Under the pieces are notes generated by a model that searched no databases, was not told the origin of the DNA, and saw only the letters and a list, made by a program, of their open reading frames with translations. From the NCBI GenBank assembly GCA_046757025.1, contig JBHHXN010000153.1:1-12418 (forward strand): 12,418 nt of DNA, written 5' to 3'. The stretch comes from a bacterium (GTDB lineage Bacteria; Zhuqueibacterota; Zhuqueibacteria; Oceanimicrobiales; Oceanimicrobiaceae). A program made the position numbers and the translations under genes. This document shows, piece after piece, positions 1-7,359 of the stretch; within the stretch, counting starts at the first letter, position 1; every line of letters begins with the position of its first letter.

Positions 1-92
1 GTAATTTGCAATTTGCATGATTCTTGGCACGTTTTGCAATTGCACAAAATTACTTGTATTTGCCACAAAACTGTGAAAATCTAAACTTCAAC

Positions 93-120
93 TTGCTATT
101 TTCACAAAAAGTGCTATCTT
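93..120 (+). promoter_or_regulatory. Putative sigma70 promoter with extended -10, probably giving a leaderless transcript of the AAA ATPase gene
   Basis: TTGCTA at 93-98, a 16-nt spacer, then TG-c-TATCTT at 112-120. The ATG at 127 is 7 nt past the -10 and has no Shine-Dalgarno. A perfect 9-bp inverted repeat TGTGAAAAT (72-80)/ATTTTCACA (98-106) overlaps the -35 and spacer. Confidence 0.5.
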
Positions 121-126
121 GTTTTC

Positions 127-1308
127 ATGGTCACACGTCAGATAACCCGGGAGTTAGTCGAATCGGCGCAGGAATACCCGGTGGTGGCGGTTTTCGGGCC
201 GCGTCAATCCGGGAAGACCACGCTTGTCCAGATGACATTCCCCGACAAACCGTACCGGTCTCTTGAGGACCCGGATGTGCGCATTGCAGCAGAAACCGAC
301 CCACGCGGATTTCTCACAGCCCTGCCCGATGGCGCTATTCTGGATGAGATCCAGCAGCTTCCGCTTTTGCTGTCTTACATTCAGGGTGAGGTCGATCGCC
401 GCAAACAAAATGGCATGTATATTCTTACTGGTAGCCATCAACCGGAGCTGCATCAGGCCATTTCGCAATCGCTCGCCGGCCGGACGGCTGTGCTGAGCCT
501 ATTGCCGTTCTCGCTGCCCGAGCTCAGGGCATACCACTCCGCCTGGCAGGCGTTTGATCTGGCAGTCAAAGGGGGCTTTCCCCGCCTGCATGAACAGGGT
601 CTCGATCCGTACCGGTTTTACAACGGCTATCTTCAGACCTATTTGGAGCGCGACGTGCGAGCGATGATTTCGTTGAAGGATCTGGGCCGGTTTCAGCAGT
701 TCCTGACGCTGCTCGCCGGTCGGGTTTCGCAGGTTATCAACTTCACTTCCCTGAGCAACGACGTCGGTGTTTCGGCGATGACGATCAAGAGCTGGGTGAG
801 CGTTTTGAACGCTTCGTTCGTGGTGTTTGAGCTGCAGCCTTATTTTGAAAACATCCGTAAGCGCGTGGTTAAATCGCCCAAAATATATTTCACCGACACC
901 GGCCTGGTCTGCCATCTCTTGGGCATCAACAGTGCAGAACAGGTGCTGCGCGATCCCTTGCGCGGCGCTCTGTACGAGAATCTGCTCATTTTGGAGATTC
1001 TCAAGCATCGCCTGAACCACGGCAAACGAGCGGAGCTATTTTTTTACCGTGATACTCATGGCAATGAGGTAGACCTGATTATCCGGGAAGGCAGAAAGCT
1101 TTACCCCATAGAAATTAAATCGGCGGCGACCTTCACACCTGATTTCCTGAAGGGGATTGAACGTTTCCGGAAGATCGTTAGCGAGCGTGTTGCCAGTGGT
1201 GCGGTTCTGTACAACGGCAATGAGACCTTCCAGGTGAAAGGGTCGCGGGTTTTAAACTTTTTTAGGCACGATGTGTTATTGGGAGAAGCTGTTATTCAGC
1301 CTTTATAA
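127..1308 (+). CDS. AAA+ ATPase, AAA_14/DUF4143-type ATP-binding protein
   Basis: 393-aa ORF with Walker A GPRQSGKTT, Walker B AILDEIQ, LTGS and GGFP. The C-terminal KSPKIYFTDTGL and EVDLII...IEIK (PD-(D/E)xK-like) motifs are typical of DUF4143 proteins. Confidence 0.9.
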   Translation: MVTRQITRELVESAQEYPVVAVFGPRQSGKTTLVQMTFPDKPYRSLEDPDVRIAAETDPRGFLTALPDGAILDEIQQLPLLLSYIQGEVDRRKQNGMYILTGSHQPELHQAISQSLAGRTAVLSLLPFSLPELRAYHSAWQAFDLAVKGGFPRLHEQGLDPYRFYNGYLQTYLERDVRAMISLKDLGRFQQFLTLLAGRVSQVINFTSLSNDVGVSAMTIKSWVSVLNASFVVFELQPYFENIRKRVVKSPKIYFTDTGLVCHLLGINSAEQVLRDPLRGALYENLLILEILKHRLNHGKRAELFFYRDTHGNEVDLIIREGRKLYPIEIKSAATFTPDFLKGIERFRKIVSERVASGAVLYNGNETFQVKGSRVLNFFRHDVLLGEAVIQPL

Positions 1309-1364
1309 ATGACAATTAAACGCTTTATGTACACCTTACAATAAACCGATAACAGAGGAGCTTA

Positions 1365-2345
1365 ATGAACCAATCACTCAAAGGCAAAGACTACATCTCC
1401 ACTCAGGACTGGAGCGATGACAAGATTGAAATTGCCCTGGAAACCGCCGTAGCCCTGAAACAAAAATTCAAAAACGGCGAGGCACACCGCTATTTGCCGG
1501 ACAAAACTATTTTCCTGTTTTTCTTCGATAAGTCCACCCGCACGCGCAATTCTTTCGAAGCCGGCATCACCCAGCTTGGCGGACATGCGCATTTTATCGA
1601 CGCAGGAACCTCGCAGATCGCTCATGGCGAAAGCGCCAAGGACACCGGTATCATTTTGTCCTCCTACGGGCACGGCATCGCCATTCGGCACGACCTGGTG
1701 CCGGGAGAGGGCAACTGCTACATGCGCGAAGTGGCGAAATGGGCAGACAAGCCGGTCATCAACATGCAGTGCGATGTGGACCACCCGTGTCAGACCCTGG
1801 CGGATTTGATGACCATTCGCGAAATATTTGGCAACGATTTGCGTGGCCGCAAAATCGCGGTGAGCTGGGCCTACGCGCCTTCCTACGCCAAGCCCATGTC
1901 CGTGCCCCAGGGACTGATCATGCTTATGACCCGCTTCGGTCTGGATGTGACTTTGGCGCATCCGCCTGAGTACAAACTCATGGAAGAAACCATGAACATC
2001 GCCCGGCAAAATGCCCTGAGGGCCGGGGTCAAATTCGAAGTGGTCGATTCCATGGCAGAGGCTTTTGAAGGGGCAGATATTGTTTACCCGAAGAGCTGGG
2101 GCATCGAGTCGCTGTTTCACAAGCCGGAAGAAGCGCTGGAGATCTCCAAAAAATACCAGGACTGGATCTGCGACGAGAAACTGATGCAGCTCACAAAAAA
2201 GGAAAGCATCTACATGCACTGCCTGCCGGCTGACCGCGGCAATGAAGTTACCGACGAGGTCATCGACGGGCCGCGTTCGGTGATCTACCAGGAGGCCGAA
2301 AACCGCTTGCACACGGCCAAAGCGTTGATGGCGTTGACGATGTAA
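1365..2345 (+). CDS. Carbamoyltransferase of the knotted YgeW-like subgroup (would be auto-annotated as ornithine carbamoyltransferase)
   Basis: RBS AGAGGAG at 1354-1360. Carbamoyl-phosphate-binding motifs STRT, HPCQ and HCLP are present. WAYAPSYAKPMSVPQG and ADIVYPKSW are YgeW-type segments, and the canonical OTCase DxxxSMG motif is absent. Confidence 0.85.
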   Translation: MNQSLKGKDYISTQDWSDDKIEIALETAVALKQKFKNGEAHRYLPDKTIFLFFFDKSTRTRNSFEAGITQLGGHAHFIDAGTSQIAHGESAKDTGIILSSYGHGIAIRHDLVPGEGNCYMREVAKWADKPVINMQCDVDHPCQTLADLMTIREIFGNDLRGRKIAVSWAYAPSYAKPMSVPQGLIMLMTRFGLDVTLAHPPEYKLMEETMNIARQNALRAGVKFEVVDSMAEAFEGADIVYPKSWGIESLFHKPEEALEISKKYQDWICDEKLMQLTKKESIYMHCLPADRGNEVTDEVIDGPRSVIYQEAENRLHTAKALMALTM

Positions 2346-2378
2346 TTACAAATTAAGAATTAGGAATTAAGAATTGAG
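2344..2378 (+). repeat. Heptamer tandem array (AATTRNR)x5 upstream of the four-helix-bundle gene
   Basis: AATTACA AATTAAG AATTAGG AATTAAG AATTGAG. The first unit overlaps the TAA stop at 2343-2345 and the last contributes to a GAGAGG RBS. Confidence 0.9.
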
Positions 2379-2387
2379 AGGTTTGAA

Positions 2388-2771
2388 ATGGGTTCGGGTG
2401 CGAAAGAGAATCCGGTGCGGGATAAAAGTTATGATTTTGCCCTGCGGGTCATCAAGCTGTACAAGTATCTTGTTGAGGAGAAGAAAGGGTACGTCCTTTC
2501 GAAGCAAATTTTGAGGAGTGGGACGTCTGTCGGCGCGAATGTGGAGGAAGCCATCGGCGGTCAGTCGCGAAGGGATTTTGCCGCCAAAATCAGCATTGCG
2601 TACAAAGAGGCGCGCGAAACGCATTATTGGCTGCGCCTGTTGCTCGACAGCCATTTTCTCGACAAAGACCCGGCACGATCACTTCTTCGCGATTGCGAAG
2701 AGCTGGTGAAGATTCTCGGCAGCATTCAGAAAACAACGAAAAATAATTGGGAATTGAGAATTAGGAATTAA
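2388..2771 (+). CDS. Four helix bundle protein (23S rRNA-intervening-sequence protein family, TIGR02436-type)
   Basis: 127-aa ORF with family motifs KSYDFALRVIKLY, LSKQILRSGTSVGANVEEA, QSRRDF..K..IAYKEARET.YWL.LL. RBS GAGAGG at 2376-2381. Confidence 0.92.
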   Translation: MGSGAKENPVRDKSYDFALRVIKLYKYLVEEKKGYVLSKQILRSGTSVGANVEEAIGGQSRRDFAAKISIAYKEARETHYWLRLLLDSHFLDKDPARSLLRDCEELVKILGSIQKTTKNNWELRIRN

Positions 2772-2818
2772 GGCGGCAGTGACAATTCATAATTCATAAT
2801 TTGTAATTCATAATTCAC
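2745..2818. repeat. Two opposed heptamer arrays forming an imperfect palindrome
   Basis: AATTGGG AATTGAG AATTAGG AATTAAG (2745-2772), an 11-nt spacer, then AATTCAT AATTCAT AATTTGT AATTCAT AATTCAC (2784-2818), which is the same unit type in reverse-complement orientation. Confidence 0.9.
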
Positions 2819-2819
2819 C

Positions 2820-4184
2820 ATGGATTTGTTGATAAAAAACGGTACTGCGGTAACGGACGCCGGCAAGCAGCGGTGGGACATCGGCGTGCAAGATGGCCGG
2901 ATTGTAGAGATCGAGCCTGACATTGCAACCGAAGCCGACCGAGAAATTGACGCAACCGGCAAACTTGTTTTCCCCGGCTTCATCGACGCTCACACCCACA
3001 TGGGCATTCCCATCAAGGACACGCACTCAGTTGATGATTTCGAGTCCGGCTCGGTGGCGGCGGCATTCGGCGGAGTCACCACCATTCTGGATTTCACGGT
3101 GCAGGGTAAAGAGCAAATGTTGAAGGATTCGGTGGAGGAGCGTCTTGGCAGAGCCCGGGGAAAGTGTCATGTGGATTTTGGATTGCACGTAAACATCACG
3201 GACGAACCCGAAATGCGTTTATGGGAGATTCCAGAGCTGGTGGATTCTGGCTTTACCAGCTATAAAGTTTTCTCCACCTATCGCGAGGCCGGGATGATGG
3301 TCAACTGGTACCAGTTTGAGCAGATTCTTGACAAAGTGAATAGCCAGGGCGGGCTGCTCATGCTGCATGCCGAAGACAATGAAGTGATCGAACAGTGTAC
3401 GAAGGAATGCGTTTCCGGGAGCCACACTCAGCCTCTCTTTCACGCTTTCAGTCGCCCAGCGGACGCCGAGGGGCAGGCCATTTGGCGGGCCGCAGAGATC
3501 GCCGGCGCCCACGAGGCCCCACTCTACATCGTCCATCTCAGCTCGTTTGACGGTTTGGAAATGGCTCAGGAGGCCCAGGAACTCGGAATTGAAATTTATT
3601 TGGAAACCTGCCCGCAATATCTCCTGCTCAGCGAGGAACGCTATCTGAGCGAGAACGGCCACCTCTGGATTACCACCCCGCCGCTGCGTCGCAAAGAAGA
3701 CAACGAATGTCTGTGGGAAGCCCTGGCGGATGGCTCCATCGACGTGGTTGCCACCGACCACTGTCCATTCACCTTGCAGCAAAAGGAAAGCGGCGGGCGC
3801 GTGTTTCACCAGACGCCAAACGGACTGCCGGGCGTGGAAACGCTATTTCCTTTGCTTTACACTTACGGCGTAACCAAAAGCCGTATTTCCCTGGAAAGAA
3901 TGGTGCAAGTGCTGGCCACAAATCCCGCCAGGATTTTCGGTCTCTATCCGCGCAAGGGCGCCATCGAAGTGGGTGCCGACGCTGACCTGGTGATCTGGGA
4001 CCCAAATGCTGAGTGCGTGATTCGTGCACAAGACTTGCACGGAAACGCGGACTGGTCACCGTACGAGGGGATGACCATAAAAGGCAAGTTGGAATACACC
4101 ATTCTGCGTGGGCAGATTCTGGTACGCGGGGATGAGTTTCTGGGCAAGGATATTCAGGGTAAGCTGCAATTGGCTTCTAAATGA
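2820..4184 (+). CDS. hydA: Dihydropyrimidinase / D-hydantoinase (cyclic amidohydrolase)
   Basis: 454 aa with PGFIDAHTHM metal site, AAAFGGVTTILDF, the carboxylated-Lys region TSYKVF, HAED, VHLSS, ETCPQYL, PPLR, ATDHCPF, PNGLPGVE and GADADLVIWDP. Confidence 0.9.
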   Translation: MDLLIKNGTAVTDAGKQRWDIGVQDGRIVEIEPDIATEADREIDATGKLVFPGFIDAHTHMGIPIKDTHSVDDFESGSVAAAFGGVTTILDFTVQGKEQMLKDSVEERLGRARGKCHVDFGLHVNITDEPEMRLWEIPELVDSGFTSYKVFSTYREAGMMVNWYQFEQILDKVNSQGGLLMLHAEDNEVIEQCTKECVSGSHTQPLFHAFSRPADAEGQAIWRAAEIAGAHEAPLYIVHLSSFDGLEMAQEAQELGIEIYLETCPQYLLLSEERYLSENGHLWITTPPLRRKEDNECLWEALADGSIDVVATDHCPFTLQQKESGGRVFHQTPNGLPGVETLFPLLYTYGVTKSRISLERMVQVLATNPARIFGLYPRKGAIEVGADADLVIWDPNAECVIRAQDLHGNADWSPYEGMTIKGKLEYTILRGQILVRGDEFLGKDIQGKLQLASK

Positions 4185-4238
4185 CGGGTTATGCGTGCAG
4201 TGCAATTGAGAAATTTAACCTTCAATACGGAAAAAATT

Positions 4239-4883
4239 ATGCCTCAAATCGATCTGCTCATCTTCGACTTAGATGGCACCCTGGTGGACACCCGCCAGGA
4301 TTTAGCCAATTCCGTTAATTACGCCCGCAGTAAGTTTGGCTGTAAGGCCCTTCCTCTGGAACAAGTCATGCAATATGTGGGCAACGGGCTTCACAAACTG
4401 ATTCAGCGCTCACTGCCTGAAGATAGTCACGATGAAATAGACCGAGCCATCGGTTTTTTCAGAGAATATTATGGGGAGCATTTGCTGGATTATTCCACCA
4501 CTTATCCCGGAGTTCAGGAGGTGCTGCGGCATTTTTACGACAAAAAAAAGGCCGTCATTTCCAATAAACCGGTGGATTTTTGTAGAATAATTTTGCACGG
4601 ACTGGGTCTGAAATCGAACTTTGATGTCATCCTGGGCGGCGATTCTTTGACGATCATGAAACCCGATCCCGAGCCGATATTTCACGTGTTAAAAACCCTG
4701 CAGGTGAGACCGAATAAAGCCGTCATGATTGGCGATAGCAGCACGGATATGCAAGCCGGCAAACAAGCGCACGTGTACACTTGTGGAGTTACCTACGGCT
4801 ATCGCAAAAAGGAAATTCTGGATCAATTTAATCCTGATTTTATGATTGATGAGCTCTCCGCTTTGAAAGAAAAATTCACGTGA
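4239..4883 (+). CDS. HAD-IA family hydrolase, phosphoglycolate phosphatase-like
   Basis: Motif I FDLDGTLVD, motif II SNK, KPDPEP and motif IV GDSSTD. The start is placed at ATG 4239 just before motif I, although the ORF is open from 4191. Confidence 0.85.
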   Translation: MPQIDLLIFDLDGTLVDTRQDLANSVNYARSKFGCKALPLEQVMQYVGNGLHKLIQRSLPEDSHDEIDRAIGFFREYYGEHLLDYSTTYPGVQEVLRHFYDKKKAVISNKPVDFCRIILHGLGLKSNFDVILGGDSLTIMKPDPEPIFHVLKTLQVRPNKAVMIGDSSTDMQAGKQAHVYTCGVTYGYRKKEILDQFNPDFMIDELSALKEKFT

Positions 4884-4996
4884 TCTTTAGTTAAACCGAC
4901 GTTAGTCGTATGACAACGCGCTGGCCCCCCAAAGTAAATCCGAAATCCGAAATCTTAGAGATTCGTGTCTCCGACAACGGTATTGGAATCCCCGAA

Positions 4997-5109
4997 GATC
5001 AGCTCGACAAAATATTTGACCGCTTCCATCAGGTGGACAAAAACGGCGGTTACGAAGGCACCGGCATCGGGCTGGCGCTGGTCAAAGAATTGGTGGAGCT
5101 GCACCACGG
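4997..5109 (+). repeat. 113-bp exact direct repeat, copy 1 (copy 2 at 11146-11258)
   Basis: Base-by-base comparison from GATCAGCTCGACAAA to CACCACGG. It covers the HATPase F/G2 boxes. Confidence 0.9.
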
Positions 5110-5371
5110 TACCCTTGCCGTAGAAAGCGCGCCTGGTCAAGGGACCACCTTTATCGTCAGGCTGCCCCTGGAGAAAAATCATCTAAAACCGGAAGAAATC
5201 GTAGAGCGTGAAGCGCGGAGCGAGGAGCGTAGCGCAGAGAGTGAAAAGCAGACGATTAAAAATCGTCCGGCCTCAGTCCACAGTGCTGAGCGAATATTCA
5301 GCAAGGAACAACAAATGACGAGAAATGACGCGGAGCAAGTGACGGCTACAACCAATGACCACGAAGTCATT

Positions 5372-5931
5372 CTCATCGTCGAAGACAACCCGGATATGCG
5401 CGCTTACATGCGCGGTTATCTGGAGCAGTCCTACCGCATTATTGAAGCCGAAAATGGCGTGCAGGGATTGAAACAAGCACAAAAACACGCCCCCGACCTG
5501 ATCATCAGCGATGTCATGATGCCGGAGATGGACGGTTTTGCATTGTGCGAGAAGCTCAAAACCGACGCCCGCACCAGCCACATTCCGGTGATTCTGCTCA
5601 CGGCCCGGGCTTCCGGAGAGAGCAAGATCGCAGGGCTGGAAACCGGCGCCGATGACTACCTCACCAAACCCTTTGACGCAAAAGAACTGCAAGTGCGGGT
5701 CAAAAACCTGATTGAACAGCACCGCAGGTTGCAGGAACGCTTCCGTCGAGAGCTGCTCGTCCAGCCTTCGGAGGTCACGGTCACTTCCATGGATGAAACC
5801 TTTCTGCAAAAGGCCATGGACGCGGTGGAAGCCCATATCGATGATCCCGATTTCGAGACCGACAACTTGGCGAGAGAGGCCGGCTACAGCCGCCGGCAGC
5901 TCAACCGCAAACTGCGCGCACTCACCGGCCA
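5372..5931 (+). repeat. 560-bp exact direct repeat, copy 1 (copy 2 at 11500-12059)
   Basis: Base-by-base comparison from CTCATCGTCGAAGAC to CTCACCGGCCA at offset 6128. Diverged homology continues to about 6315/12407. Confidence 0.92.
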
Positions 5932-6198
5932 ATCCGTGCGGGAGTTCATCCGCACGATTCGGCTCAAGCGGGCTGCGCAACTTCTGCAACAACAGGCCGG
6001 CACGGTTACAGAGATCGCCTACGACGTGGGGTTTAACAGCATCGGTCACTTTGCAAAAGTATTCCGGGAGCAGTTCGGGGTGGCGCCTTCGGAATTCAGT
6101 GGCCGTATTAAAAACCAAGAATTCGACTGTTGACCTCTCCCTGATTTCGTCACATCCTCCTTTACCGCGAGTACCTTCCTAACCGCTGAATCCAAATC

Positions 6199-6268
6199 AA
6201 TCCGAAATCACACATCCCCAATCCTTAATCGTCAATCCAAAATCCGCAATCTGCACTCCGCAATCCCC
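6199..6268 (+). repeat. Heptamer tandem array (AATCnnn)x10
   Basis: AATCCGA AATCACA CATCCCC AATCCTT AATCGTC AATCCAA AATCCGC AATCTGC ACTCCGC AATCCCC. Confidence 0.88.
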
Positions 6269-6273
6269 CCAAA

Positions 6274-6338
6274 TGTCCTACCACCGCGCATCTTTGTCCC
6301 GCCAGCGGAAGCAAAACCACCCTCCTTTTAGCTAAATT
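6274..6338 (+). promoter_or_regulatory. Putative AraC-type tandem operator plus -10 element for the downstream gene
   Basis: TGTCC at 6274 and 6295 (21-bp period), with half-sites TGTCCTACCACCGCGCA and TGTCCCGCCAGCGGAAGCA. The motif is conserved at 12366/12387. TAAATT lies at 6333-6338 with no consensus -35. Confidence 0.5.
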
Positions 6339-6400
6339 ATGGAATCTTGGCTGCGAGTTTTTACAACCATGTGCAATCTTTCATTTAAGGAGTAAATGCG

Positions 6401-7339
6401 ATGATAACTACCAATCTTAATTGCTTTTTAGTGCCCCAGCTCTTAATGTTTTGGGCATTAATAGGGATGCCGGAAAAAAATTCGCTTCCTTCATATCAAA
6501 ACAAAATAAAAACGGAAATCTGTGCCTTTGAATTCTTAACCTTTCGATCCGCGCACCCCGAAAAGACCTTTTTGGAGGTATTCTGCCAGATTCCAACCAA
6601 CAACCTCCTATTTGTAAAATCCATGGGCTATTTTGAACTTCATCTCATTTTTCTCAACAGCTCGGGGGTTCAAGTGATGGAAGAAACCGTTATCGTTTCA
6701 GTGCAAGTTCAAAACTTTGGTGAAGCTTTAGAGTATACCCCGGCTAAATTAATTCGAAGTGCTTTTTTGATTGAGCCCGGTGAATACCAAGCTCGAATCC
6801 GGCTGAGAGACTTGAATTCCTCTAAATTTGTAAAATTTGAGAAGACGATTCGCGTCCCGGATTACAGCGGTACGGCACTGAGCCTCAGCGACTTGCAGAT
6901 TGCCACGTCCATTATGCCTACTCGTGAAAAAAACATCCTGGTAAAAAATAACAAGATAATTGTGCCCAATATCCCTCGAATTGTGGGCATAGAATCGAAT
7001 GATGTGTTTGTTTATACGGAAATATATAATTTACAGTACTCTACTATGAAACCAAACAAGGAATTCATTGCGACCTATAGTATTCGAAATGAAAAAGGGG
7101 ACGAGGTTAAATCAGAGCAGTTTAGATATCACAAACCCGGAGAAGCGTCTTTTATCACAGCCGGATTGGAGGTGGATGACCTTGAATCGGGTCCCTATCA
7201 ATTGATCCTGGACGTAGAAGACCTGGACAGCTCGCATAAAATTCAAAAGTCCACCCACTTTCTGGTTATCGAATCCGCAGCCGATCTACATCCCACATTA
7301 AAGTTCTCCGAACTTGGTGACTTCCTCCTTCTCCGTTAG
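6401..7339 (+). CDS. Hypothetical, probably exported beta-rich protein resembling the N-terminal domains of GWxTD-domain proteins
   Basis: 312-aa AT-rich ORF with RBS AAGGAG at 6387-6392 and a hydrophobic N-terminus. Segments TFLEVFCQIP, PGEYQARIRLRDLNS, VPDY...LSLSDLQIA, VYTEIYNL and LESGPYQLILDVEDL recall that family. There is no GWxTD motif. Confidence 0.7.
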   Translation: MITTNLNCFLVPQLLMFWALIGMPEKNSLPSYQNKIKTEICAFEFLTFRSAHPEKTFLEVFCQIPTNNLLFVKSMGYFELHLIFLNSSGVQVMEETVIVSVQVQNFGEALEYTPAKLIRSAFLIEPGEYQARIRLRDLNSSKFVKFEKTIRVPDYSGTALSLSDLQIATSIMPTREKNILVKNNKIIVPNIPRIVGIESNDVFVYTEIYNLQYSTMKPNKEFIATYSIRNEKGDEVKSEQFRYHKPGEASFITAGLEVDDLESGPYQLILDVEDLDSSHKIQKSTHFLVIESAADLHPTLKFSELGDFLLLR

Positions 7340-7359
7340 ATAACTTTATTGTCTTAACT

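Larger units (their letters stand above)
4910..6133 (+). pseudogene. 5'-truncated hybrid sensor kinase/response regulator (C-terminal half of HATPase, REC, AraC HTH); could be expressed as a stand-alone REC-AraC regulator
   Basis: The frame is intact but homology begins at the G1 box (SDNGIGI), followed by the F box, G2 GTGIGL, REC (VEDN, ISDVMMP, KPF) and AraC HTH. The sensor, TM, HisKA and N-box are missing. It is paralogous to about 11110-12261. Confidence 0.65.

Noticed and set aside
1374..2312. Long minus-strand ORFs (1374-2312, 499-1020, 3219-3809, 5273-6118, 11449-12177 and others)
   Set aside because: They are antisense shadows of well-supported + strand genes and show no recognisable motifs.
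1365..2345. Calling the gene argF or ygeW outright
   Set aside because: It lacks the OTCase SMG motif, and it is shorter than YgeW and outside the full cluster, so orthology cannot be established by eye.
2388..2771. 23S rRNA gene with an intervening sequence
   Set aside because: Both flanks are clear protein-coding genes and no rRNA sequence is present.
2344..2818. CRISPR array or classical IS element
   Set aside because: The units are 7-bp tandem repeats without unique spacers. There is no cas gene or transposase motif.
6396..6404. Minigene ATG-CGA-TGA overlapping the 6401 start
   Set aside because: It is only 3 nt from the SD, whereas ATG 6401 has a normal 8-nt spacing. It is probably chance.
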